From positions 32,001 through 96,000 of IMG/VR virus record IMGVR_UViG_3300014205_000004: a stretch of DNA of 64,000 bases. One strand, 5' to 3'. The stretch is from a virus (taxonomy: Duplodnaviria > Caudoviricetes). The position numbers were made by a program, and so were the translations under genes. The notes beneath the pieces were generated by a model, which had not been told where the DNA came from, ran no database searches, and saw only the letters and a program-made list of their open reading frames with translations. Below, in pieces: positions 18,018 through 26,334 of the stretch (the first letter of the stretch is position 1; every line of letters starts with the position of its first letter).

Positions 18018-18176
18018 TCAGGACTCACAACGCGGGCAGAAGATGCCGTGCGCGTGGTTGAAGTGGTTCATGTTCACCGTGGCCAGGCCGCACCGCGTAT
18101 ACGCGTTGAAGCCACGGACGGTGCGAACACGGTGTATGACTCCGGTGTGGCCATATGCGGCGTAGCGGAAGGGCAC
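18018..18176 (-). CDS. small His/Cys protein (52 aa)
   Basis: GAGG RBS; MPFRYAAYGH...TRCG...CPRC. Confidence 0.55.
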   Translation of the reverse strand: MPFRYAAYGHTGVIHRVRTVRGFNAYTRCGLATVNMNHFNHAHGIFCPRCES

Positions 18177-18185
18177 GGTTGAACC

Positions 18186-18428
18186 TCAGTCCTCTACGAA
18201 GCGAACGAAGGCGTGGATGGCGTCCATCTGGAAGCCCGGTTCGTCAGTCGCGGATGTGCGTTGAAGGACGGCATCGGTGAGACGCCAGTGTGCGGTGACG
18301 GAAGGGACAGCCGGGGGCCAGTCGACTCCGACCAGCTGGTAACCCCAGCGCTTGAGCCAATCGTCGCAACAGGCAACGCACACGTCCTCGAAGAGCGTGC
18401 GCCCGGTGGAAGAGGAGACGCGGAACAT
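18186..18428 (-). CDS. hypothetical protein
   Basis: 80 aa, fits packing. Confidence 0.55.
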   Translation of the reverse strand: MFRVSSSTGRTLFEDVCVACCDDWLKRWGYQLVGVDWPPAVPSVTAHWRLTDAVLQRTSATDEPGFQMDAIHAFVRFVED

Positions 18429-18433
18429 GTGGC

Positions 18434-18598
18434 CTAGAAGCCGAGCATCTGCCGTTGAACGGCCCGGTGACGCATGATCAGGCCGCGGTCACGGGGGACT
18501 TCGGGGAGCGCGTGGAGGCACATGGCGCACACGTCCGGTTGAAGGGTCTGGCGGTTGCAGGCCGGGCAGCGAAGGGACACGGGGGGCAGGACAGCCAT
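18434..18598 (-). CDS. small zinc-ribbon protein
   Basis: GAGGAG RBS; CPAC...CAMC. Confidence 0.6.
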   Translation of the reverse strand: MAVLPPVSLRCPACNRQTLQPDVCAMCLHALPEVPRDRGLIMRHRAVQRQMLGF

Positions 18599-19127
18599 TG
18601 AAGAAACTCCTCGGAAGGAAACACGGGTTGAAGGGGGTAGGCGTCGAAAGCCCGTGGAAGCAGGATGCAGACGCCGCATGCAGCTGCCAGGCCAAGTCCC
18701 TCACGGGGACGGCGCAGGGTGAAATGCGCCAGGGGAAAGTGAGTCGGCCAGCTAACGCGTGGCCAGACGTGGGGGTCACGACTCCCCATACCGCACGGAC
18801 GCCGTGGAAGGGCGTATCTAGGTGCCCAGCGTCAGTCGGCTGCGTGGAAGGTTATGTGCGCTCGTTAGCGCTGTCCCGCGTCTGAACACAGTGTCACCTC
18901 CATATGTGACCGAAAGCGAAGACGGGTGGAAGACGGGTTGAAGGGTAGGCTTTGTGGGTGTGAAGTCAGGTAAGCGGGCCATGTGTGCGCATGTGAAGCC
19001 GAGCACACCCTACGCCCCCATTGAACAAACCTCCAAAGTCGTTGAACGGACGCTACGGTACACAGGTGACTACGGAAGCGTCAACTCCCTGTAGTCACAC
19101 GTGTGTATCCGCGTTGAAGGGCTGTGG

Positions 19128-19490
19128 TTAGGCCTTCAGAGGGATGTAGGGCGTGATGGTGACCTTGACCAGCTCGTTGCCGGTGAGGCCCGCAGCCTTG
19201 AGAGCTTCTCCCGAGAACACGTCCCGCGCAGGGATGGACGCGTAGACGGTCCCGAGGGTGACGTTGCCGGCCTGGCTCACACCAGCCGCGCTCAGGTTCT
19301 CGTCGCTCAGCCGGAAGGTGAAGGTCTTGCCCGTGCCTTCACCCTTCCCGCCGATGTTGATGCCGGTAGCTTTCGCCTTCGGCATCGCGACGCCCTTCGC
19401 CTTCGCCTTGATTTCACGTGCGGCCGCTACGCGGTCTGCCACGCTCATGTTGGCCATCTGGTCGCGAAGGGTAATCGTGTGGGTTGCCAT
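19128..19490 (-). CDS. basic protein (120 aa), probably highly expressed
   Basis: GGAG RBS, strongly biased codons; MATHTITLRDQ...KAKAKG... Confidence 0.8.
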   Translation of the reverse strand: MATHTITLRDQMANMSVADRVAAAREIKAKAKGVAMPKAKATGINIGGKGEGTGKTFTFRLSDENLSAAGVSQAGNVTLGTVYASIPARDVFSGEALKAAGLTGNELVKVTITPYIPLKA

Positions 19491-19902
19491 GGTAGGTAGT
19501 GACTCCGTTGGGTAGTCACGCCAGACTGTGCGCCTAGCGTGCTGGCCAGCCCATAACGCGTCCCGCACGTGTGTACGTACGTTTCGAGTTATCACGCAGT
19601 AGTCGACCACCAGACTTCAGGGAAGATCCTATAGCCCGGTGATTTACTACAAACGCGCCGCGCCCGGACGCGCCCCGAGCTTCGCTACGTGTGTAGCTCC
19701 ACCCGGTGGCGCATCCTGGCGCATATGGGGACTGGCCAGCGCGCGGGAAGTGCGCCCCTGGCCACCATGTGTAACCCCTATTCGGCAAGCGCGTACGTAT
19801 AGCGCTTACCCGTTGACTGCTGGAGCAACTCCAGGTGTGTCCGGGTAACTGCGAGGATCACGCAATCACCCAAATCGGGATGGTGGACGTGCTGCCAGAT
19901 TG

Positions 19903-20010
19903 TCACCGGCGCTTAGTCCTGGAGACGTAGCACGCCATTTCATGCTGTCGCCATATCGTCCACGGGACGCGCGTGCGGCAATGCGGACATTTCCACAAGT
20001 CTTCTGCCAT
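19903..20010 (-). CDS. mini zinc-finger protein (35 aa)
   Basis: MAEDLWKCPHCRTRVPWTIWRQHEMACYVSRTKRR; same AAAGCCAATG start context as CDS 20138-21091. Confidence 0.55.
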   Translation of the reverse strand: MAEDLWKCPHCRTRVPWTIWRQHEMACYVSRTKRR

Positions 20011-20030
20011 TGGCTTTCCCTGGCGCTAGT

Positions 20031-20137
20031 GTGCGCCTATCCGCCAGTCCCTCCAGGGACGTTCGGATAGGCGCACGTAACCCGCCAGGGTGATTGCCCC
20101 TGGCGGGTTACGTGCGGGTAGGGGTAGGGGTTAGGGG
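20031..20137. other. two overlapping perfect hairpins (13 and 18 bp) plus a G-quadruplex-like tract
   Basis: gtgcgcctatccg/cggataggcgcac; gcacgtaacccgccaggg/ccctggcgggttacgtgc; GGGTAGGGGTAGGGGTTAGGGG. Confidence 0.9.
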
Positions 20138-21091
20138 TTAATCGTTTGCGTAGTCTTGCGTGCTAGTGCCCGCTACCGTGCGGGCACGTTCCGCGCGTTC
20201 GAATTCCGCAAGCGCCTTACGTTCACGCGCAACGGCAGGCGAGTCTGCCCGCTTCGCGCGTGCGGCGCGCGCTTCACGTTCGGCTTGCCGCTTCAGGGTT
20301 TCCGCCCATCGGACAACATGCCAAAACATATGGCGTTTCGCGACCGCTTCCGCGCTTTCACCCTCAGGTGACATCCATGCATTATCAGCCGAAAACTGCC
20401 GTTTACAGCCGACAATCGGGCATGGCGCAACGGTCGTGAGACGTTCGCGCACTAGCACCCGAGACGTTTCGCGGGCAGGTGTGCCATGCGGGCAGACCTT
20501 GACGCGATGTGAGCGAAACACTCCGTCGGCATCCTGAGACACGCGATCCGTTTCCGGGCAGGTGCACGCATCGTCAACGGTTACCCGTTGACCGTCGTGC
20601 ACTAGCACCTGAGACGCTTCAGTCTGAAGTACCGCTACCCGCCATCGGGCATCGATCAAGTCCCATAGTGCCTGGACTTCGGGCAAGGGTGCCGTTTCCA
20701 ACGTGTCCAGGCGCATGTAATGCCCGTCAACGCGAGTAACCGTCGCACTTGATGGGTAGTGCGGAAACGGCATATCGTACCCGTAGCGGGTAACACAACG
20801 AGTACAAACGCATACAGCCGACACGTCGTGATCCCGATCGGAACGATCGGGACAAGTGAGCGTGTCCATTGCCGCATAGTCGACCCATTGCGTAGGCGCT
20901 TTCGGCCCGAACGCGGGTTTGGGGTGAGCAACGGAAACCGTTGTTCCGTTCCTACCGTCTCGCGCTTTCGGGGCGGGTACTTCGGGCAGGTGCACGGCGG
21001 GTACGTTGGCTTGCGCGTCACGTTCCACCTTGCGCCACGCCTTAAGGCTAGCGCCTTGCGTCGGGGTGCCCGTCGGGGCAGGTGCTTTCAT
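20138..21091 (-). CDS. first gene of the left arm; zinc-binding protein with C2H2-like motif
   Basis: AGGAG RBS, TAGAAT -10 upstream; CVCTRC and CPIVGC...HMFWH. Confidence 0.75.
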   Translation of the reverse strand: MKAPAPTGTPTQGASLKAWRKVERDAQANVPAVHLPEVPAPKARDGRNGTTVSVAHPKPAFGPKAPTQWVDYAAMDTLTCPDRSDRDHDVSAVCVCTRCVTRYGYDMPFPHYPSSATVTRVDGHYMRLDTLETAPLPEVQALWDLIDARWRVAVLQTEASQVLVHDGQRVTVDDACTCPETDRVSQDADGVFRSHRVKVCPHGTPARETSRVLVRERLTTVAPCPIVGCKRQFSADNAWMSPEGESAEAVAKRHMFWHVVRWAETLKRQAEREARAARAKRADSPAVARERKALAEFERAERARTVAGTSTQDYAND

Positions 21092-21296
21092 TGGCTTTGG
21101 ACTCCTATCGACTGGGATACCCCTATTCTAGGCGGGCAGACGACGCCTGGCCCTATGTGAGACACCACCGGCCACTCGCAACAAACTGTGAACCTAAAGT
21201 AACCCACACTGACTACCACGCCCTCGCCTGGCACAACATTTCGCGCACCTGAAGTAACCCTCAACCCCTTGTCATCCCAACCCAGATGCTGTCTAC

Positions 21297-21629
21297 TTGA
21301 CTGAGTACTTTCTGAGGAGGGATCGAGTCACGGACACTCACCCGCAACCGACACGCCAACAAATCCTCGATGACTACACCGCCGCGGTCGCCGTGCTCCA
21401 AGCAGAGCGCGACCAGGAACTCATCGAGCTCAAGGACAGCCTCTTCGCCGGCCTGGTCCGGACAGCCGTGAACTACCGAAAGTTCATCCCCAGCCACGGT
21501 GGCAATGCCAACCCCCATCACGTGTCCGACGCCGACTACCGGCTCGACTGTGCGGAGTGCGTCGCCCTCACCCAATTCCTGGAAGCGGCATCCGCCGCGG
21601 ACGACTACCTCACGGGAGATGCCTCATGA
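21297..21629 (+). CDS. hypothetical protein
   Basis: First gene of the right arm; stop overlaps the next ATG. Confidence 0.7.
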   Translation: MTEYFLRRDRVTDTHPQPTRQQILDDYTAAVAVLQAERDQELIELKDSLFAGLVRTAVNYRKFIPSHGGNANPHHVSDADYRLDCAECVALTQFLEAASAADDYLTGDAS

Positions 21630-22033
21630 CCGGCGAACGCATGACCGGCGTTTACCCTGCCTACGGGGCCGGCAAGTACTGGTGCGTCGAAAGCGAATGC
21701 AGCTGCAACCCACCCCGGCACTCCTACGTCATCGCCAGGGTCGGCGACGAACGGGTGGTCTACGGCGAGTACTCGGATGGGGGCACCTACGGGATCGGCC
21801 ACTACGAAATCAACCTCGCCCACGCGCGCTTCATCGCGCTCATGCCGACACTCCTCGACGCGGCGATGGATGCGGTCCTCCAGGGCCGGGTGGGCAGTGC
21901 TACCGGCACTTTGTGCCGGACGTGCATCGCCCAGGCGAAGGGACGCGCCATCACGGAGTGCTTCCCCTGGTGCGCGCTCCTCGACCTCGAACGCCTCATC
22001 AACCAAGCGCTCGGGGAGGCGTGGCACGAATGA
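21626..22033 (+). CDS. Cys-rich hypothetical protein
   Basis: ATGA coupling. Confidence 0.7.
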   Translation: MTGERMTGVYPAYGAGKYWCVESECSCNPPRHSYVIARVGDERVVYGEYSDGGTYGIGHYEINLAHARFIALMPTLLDAAMDAVLQGRVGSATGTLCRTCIAQAKGRAITECFPWCALLDLERLINQALGEAWHE

Positions 22034-22404
22034 AACACACCCCCGAACAGTGGGCCGTCTACGAGGCCCTCCTTGCGGACGTCGACGAGACGCAGTTCCT
22101 CATCCAGGCCCACACCTCGGCCGGCCCGGACGACTTCGACGACATCATCGCCGAGATCCCCTGGGTGTTCTTCGATTACCAGACCCGCGAGCGCCACGCC
22201 TACATGATCGCCGCCGTCCCCACGCTGCTCGCCGCAGCCGAGGCCCTCATGGACGAGCACCTGTGGGTGTACGGGCGTGAGTTGCGCACTCGGTCGTGCC
22301 GGCTTTGCCGCGCCATCGCGACCGGCAGAGATGTCGAGCACTACCCGAAGTGCCCCATCCCTGCCCTCGCATCCGCCATCGCCCTGACACGGCCCACCCC
22401 GTGA
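22030..22404 (+). CDS. hypothetical protein
   Basis: MKHTPEQW...IAAVPTLLAA...CRLC...HYPKCP. Confidence 0.7.
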   Translation: MKHTPEQWAVYEALLADVDETQFLIQAHTSAGPDDFDDIIAEIPWVFFDYQTRERHAYMIAAVPTLLAAAEALMDEHLWVYGRELRTRSCRLCRAIATGRDVEHYPKCPIPALASAIALTRPTP

Positions 22405-22607
22405 TGGGGGTGTGCGACGACTGCGGCACAGCCATCGGCGAGGCGTGGGTCACCTCCCGCGGCGTAGTCCTCTGCCTGCCCTGCAACCGCCAGCGCATCA
22501 CCAGGTACGCCGTGGACCAGGCCTGGGCTGAGGCGGATGAAACCACCAACGACCAGTACATGGAGTACATCCACCGGGTCCGCCGGACACAGGAGCGCAA
22601 ACAGTGA
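22401..22607 (+). CDS. small zinc-finger protein
   Basis: CDDC...CLPC. Confidence 0.65.
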   Translation: MMGVCDDCGTAIGEAWVTSRGVVLCLPCNRQRITRYAVDQAWAEADETTNDQYMEYIHRVRRTQERKQ

Positions 22608-22801
22608 AAGACCTCATCCACACCCCGAACGGGTACGTCAAGGTCAGCGAGATCGAGACCTTCCACGTCAAGTACTCGCCCGGCTACTACGACCACCTGC
22701 AGGTCGTCGTCACCCTCCGCAGCGGCCGCGAGTTCCCCACCCGCATGTTCGAGGACACCTTCCTCCGCGCGTACGAGCACGCCACCGGGGCCGGCCGCTG
22801 A
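22604..22801 (+). CDS. hypothetical protein
   Basis: AGGAG RBS, coupled. Confidence 0.7.
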   Translation: MKDLIHTPNGYVKVSEIETFHVKYSPGYYDHLQVVVTLRSGREFPTRMFEDTFLRAYEHATGAGR

Positions 22802-23016
22802 TGTCAGTCGTCAAAAGCATGCGCCGCCATCGACACGACTGGACCTTCGACAGGTTCGCGGGGACCGGTGACCTCTACTGCGCCGCCTTCAACTGGGTCC
22901 CGCCCTGCCAAGCAGAGCTGACCTTCCAGGACGTGCTCGACCTTTTCGCACTGCTCTACAGGCGCAGCGACGCCATCGAGGACACCCTCGTCAGAAAAGG
23001 CTACCAATATGTCTAA
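22801..23016 (+). CDS. hypothetical protein
   Basis: TGATG overlap. Confidence 0.6.
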   Translation: MSVVKSMRRHRHDWTFDRFAGTGDLYCAAFNWVPPCQAELTFQDVLDLFALLYRRSDAIEDTLVRKGYQYV

Positions 23017-23452
23017 ACGAGCAAGCACAGCCACGACCCCGAACGAAATCGCGATCGAGTACGACCGCATGATTCGGGAGGCGAACAAAGCACGGGCCCG
23101 AGCCAAGGCCGAGGCCAAAGCCTGGCGCGAAGCCGCTATCTCCGCCACACGTGACCCGCTCCAGCGCGTCCTCATCGCGGCCTTGCCGCTTGCTGGCGTC
23201 CCCGAGCTCCGTCACAGCCCCAGGTGCTACGACATGGTCGGCGGTTGCCCTTTGTGCGACGCACGCGACACCCTCTGGGACGCCATCGATTACGCCGAGG
23301 ACGCCACTTACGACAGCGCCGCAGCTATCTGCGGCTACTGCCGCGCCGGCTTCCACGACAACTGCCTCATGGACCGCTTGGTCGAAGCGACCAGGGTGTA
23401 CCGCGAGTGCCGCTGCGACGTGCCGGCGCACAAGAAGAGGAAACAAGCATGA
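23009..23452 (+). CDS. Cys-rich hypothetical protein
   Basis: 147 aa. Confidence 0.7.
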   Translation: MSKRASTATTPNEIAIEYDRMIREANKARARAKAEAKAWREAAISATRDPLQRVLIAALPLAGVPELRHSPRCYDMVGGCPLCDARDTLWDAIDYAEDATYDSAAAICGYCRAGFHDNCLMDRLVEATRVYRECRCDVPAHKKRKQA

Positions 23453-23658
23453 ACGAGATGCCGTACAACCCCGAGGAGACGAAAGCCATTCTGCGGGAGG
23501 TAAACGAGATTCGACTGCACGCACTCGATGGCATGGACTACACCGTTCCTCGCATTCCACCCGCACCCACCCGGGCGATGTTGACCCCTGGTGGGTTGAC
23601 TCGTCGCCAGCGCCAACGCCGGAGGGCGCAGAGTGCCACAGGCGGCGCGGAACAGTGA
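23449..23658 (+). CDS. hypothetical protein
   Basis: ATGA overlap. Confidence 0.55.
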   Translation: MNEMPYNPEETKAILREVNEIRLHALDGMDYTVPRIPPAPTRAMLTPGGLTRRQRQRRRAQSATGGAEQ

Positions 23659-23903
23659 GCACCGACAATCGTTCACGCTCGTGGGGAGTCACCTGCCCTA
23701 TCTGTGGGCGCTCGTACGTCCTCACCAACTTCATGTCGTTGCGCTGGCCCGAGTACGGGCACGATGTCTACTTCGGTGGCGGGCGACACATCCGCCGCGG
23801 GTACGCCTACACGAGCAGCGACGGCATCCCCATTACTGACACCCATCTCCGCGCCTGCGACCGGGATCGCACCAAAGCACAGGAAGCGAGGAGGACCAGG
23901 TGA
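23655..23903 (+). CDS. hypothetical protein (CPIC)
   Basis: GTGA overlap. Confidence 0.55.
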   Translation: MSTDNRSRSWGVTCPICGRSYVLTNFMSLRWPEYGHDVYFGGGRHIRRGYAYTSSDGIPITDTHLRACDRDRTKAQEARRTR

Positions 23904-24033
23904 AGCCTGAACCGAAACTCACCTGGTGCGACTGCATTCAGGCGCTCCACCACCGCTGGAAGGGCAAGCCCTGGAACGGCACGGACGAGTGGCACCGATG
24001 CTGCCAGCACCAATGCCCCTGGGGAGGTCTGCA

Positions 24034-24345
24034 ATGACTATTGATGTTGCATTGCTTCGTCAATTGGCCGCGCAGCCAAACACGAAGGTGCGCGAGGATT
24101 TCACCGAGCTTGCCCTGAAATCTATTGGCACGGTGCTACTCAAACCAACAACTGTCGCTGAACTCCTGGACGCCTACGAGGAGCGCGAGCGGCTGCGGGC
24201 GGCGCTGGCGGAGCAAGGGCTTCTCCAGAAGAAGCCGGGCGGGGGGATGCTATGGCACGCCCACGGCTGCCCTGCATCGTTCGATTTCGCGCAATGCAAC
24301 TACCGCTGTCGAGTGGCCCGCGCCGCACTGGAGGGACGGGAATGA
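24034..24345 (+). CDS. hypothetical protein
   Basis: GGAGG RBS; MTIDVALLRQL. Confidence 0.65.
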   Translation: MTIDVALLRQLAAQPNTKVREDFTELALKSIGTVLLKPTTVAELLDAYEERERLRAALAEQGLLQKKPGGGMLWHAHGCPASFDFAQCNYRCRVARAALEGRE

Positions 24346-24665
24346 CTTTCGATGTTGCGAAGTTGCGGCAGTTACATCGCCCCTATCAGCCGGTGCCCCC
24401 TTACGGCGAGCTGTACTGCCAAGGGTGCTATCTGGACTGGCCCTGCGCCACATCCGAACTTCTCGACGCCTACGACGACCTGCTCGCGGCGGCAGAGGCG
24501 GTGCTGAATGACGCCTACATGATCTCCCCAACCAACGGGGATCGTGTTTGTGCGCATTGTGATGCTTACCTCGACCCTGATCCCAGACTGTATGAGGTGC
24601 ACCACGCTGGGTGCCCCATCCAGTCTCTTGCCGCCGCCATCAAGAAAACGAAGGAGCACCAATGA
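24342..24665 (+). CDS. Cys/His-rich hypothetical protein
   Basis: GGAGG RBS; MTFDVAKLRQL. Confidence 0.7.
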   Translation: MTFDVAKLRQLHRPYQPVPPYGELYCQGCYLDWPCATSELLDAYDDLLAAAEAVLNDAYMISPTNGDRVCAHCDAYLDPDPRLYEVHHAGCPIQSLAAAIKKTKEHQ

Positions 24666-24733
24666 AAACGCGCGAAGAGATCATGGCGGAACACGAGCAG
24701 CGAGTACGCGCCGCAGCCTCGGCGAAGACGTGC

Positions 24734-24762
24734 TTGTCAACTGATGCATAACTGAGTACTGT
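24734..24762 (+). promoter_or_regulatory. sigma-70-type promoter containing CTGAGTAC
   Basis: TTGTCA-17 nt-TACTGT. Confidence 0.55.
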
Positions 24763-24792
24763 GTACTTCTGACTACTCTCAGAGGTACGCCT

Positions 24793-25287
24793 ATGACTCT
24801 CTTCCCAAGACGCATCCCGGCAAGTCTCATCCAGTGCATCGCTGCCCCTGTGGTCCTGGTGACCACCATGGCCATGGCCTGTGGCGGGCAGGTCGACTAC
24901 GCGGCCGCGGGGACCCCGATGGCCCAATGCACAGACCACGTCGAGCTCACCCAGGAGATCGTGCCTGGCCCGGTCAGCCACGATGACTTTCGCCTCTACG
25001 CCCTCGCCGCCGGCTGGCCTTGTTCTCTCCTGGACGAGGTCGAAGCCGTCGCCTTCTGCGAGTCGCGCCACAACTCCGACTCGGCCAACACGGCCGGCCT
25101 CGAAGACAAGCCGTCGCATCAGCAGTTCGGCCTGCTCCAGCTGGTGCCTCTCTGGTTCAGCTACGCCGGCACGAACATCGACTTCTGGGCGGACCCGCAG
25201 GTGAACCTGTACACCGCGCGTCAGGCTTACCTCTACGACGTCGAACGCGGCAACGAGCCCTGGACGCAGTGGAGCTGCAAGCCATGA
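24793..25287 (+). CDS. lipoprotein with lytic transglycosylase (SLT)-like domain
   Basis: Hydrophobic leader ending AMAC; catalytic CES, FGLLQL, N..A...W..W.C. Confidence 0.75.
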   Translation: MTLFPRRIPASLIQCIAAPVVLVTTMAMACGGQVDYAAAGTPMAQCTDHVELTQEIVPGPVSHDDFRLYALAAGWPCSLLDEVEAVAFCESRHNSDSANTAGLEDKPSHQQFGLLQLVPLWFSYAGTNIDFWADPQVNLYTARQAYLYDVERGNEPWTQWSCKP

Positions 25288-25508
25288 GACCCGCAGGACA
25301 GGCGTCTGCTGACGAACTCACGTGCGGGGCCCGCTACACGCCGCGGTTCGACTACACCGTGGGCGACCACTGCCTTCACCGGCGGTTCCTTCGGTCTCCG
25401 AAGTGCTGCTGGTGCAAGCAAACGAAGGCGACGATCGAGCGCGAGTTCGATGAGTACCTGGAGCGCACGGACCCGAAGGTCCACGCGCCGAAGGATTAGG
25501 AGGGGAAC

Positions 25509-25742
25509 GTGAAGAAGCACTACATCGCCTGGTACGGCTACGTCGGCTGGTTGGTCGCCATTGCGTGGCTGCTCAGCATCCTGGCCGGAGTCGGGCACGA
25601 GGCCCTTGTGCGCACACTGTGTCCCGGCATCGCAGTCACCAGCATTGTCTGGCTGAGCGTCGCCGTCGCATGGACGCCGAGCGGCAGGCACCACGACTGC
25701 AAAAGCAGCTGCTGGTGCAAAACCTACGGCGACGGCTGGTAG
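25509..25742 (+). CDS. small membrane protein
   Basis: Two hydrophobic segments; GGAGG RBS. Confidence 0.65.
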   Translation: MKKHYIAWYGYVGWLVAIAWLLSILAGVGHEALVRTLCPGIAVTSIVWLSVAVAWTPSGRHHDCKSSCWCKTYGDGW

Positions 25743-25754
25743 AGGAGGTTACTC

Positions 25755-26069
25755 ATGTCTAACACAACTACAGCGTTCACTTCGTTCCCTGTTCCCCTGA
25801 AGGTCCGGCACATCAGCGACTCCGGCCAAACCCTGACCGTGCACGGGTACCGTGGCAACGACCACGGCCACCTCCTCTTCGCCCACAACTCAGACGGTAG
25901 ATTCGTGACCGTCTGGGCCAGTGAATGGGCTGTCGTCGAAGAACCGACGTGCGACGAAGAGGCACGCAACATCGTAGGCGACTGCACTTGCACCGCATGC
26001 ACAGTCCTGCGCTCCAGCGTCGCGCAGGAGCTTGCTTCGTGCCCGCACGGCATCCGGAACGCAGCGTGA
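25755..26069 (+). CDS. hypothetical protein
   Basis: GAGGAGG RBS. Confidence 0.7.
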   Translation: MSNTTTAFTSFPVPLKVRHISDSGQTLTVHGYRGNDHGHLLFAHNSDGRFVTVWASEWAVVEEPTCDEEARNIVGDCTCTACTVLRSSVAQELASCPHGIRNAA

Positions 26070-26334
26070 CTATGACCCACAAAAATCGGGCGGGGGATCC
26101 TGTGATCTCCCCGCTGTCGGAGGACGAACTCTGCGGGCTCCAACACCACATCATGCACCGGTGCGCGTGCAATCGATGGGATGACCCGTGCTTGATAGCG
26201 CGCCTGTTGGTGACCATCGACCACCTGCAGAAACCGTCCCTGCTCTGCCTCGTCGACCGCATGAAGCCCAATCACTGAGTCGATCCCGTATACTGTGGTG
26301 GAATCAAACTACAACGGAGTACTCAGCAAGCCTT

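Larger units (their letters stand above)
17413..19118 (+). repeat. oriented array of GTTGAA/GTGGAA motifs
   Basis: 13 GTTGAA, 4 ATTGAA and about 5 GTGGAA, counted by eye, all on the plus strand. Confidence 0.8.

Noticed and set aside
17413-19118. GTTGAA/ATTGAA resembles CRISPR repeat ends
   Set aside because: Only 6-8 bp conserved, irregular spacing, embedded in genes, and no cas genes
19545-19625. Hammerhead-like CTGAAG...CGAAAC on the minus strand
   Set aside because: Core reads CUGAAGU rather than CUGANGA, and stems I and II do not pair properly
20116-20140. Eukaryotic telomere contamination (TTAGGG-like)
   Set aside because: Only four imperfect units, contiguous with phage hairpins and a stop codon
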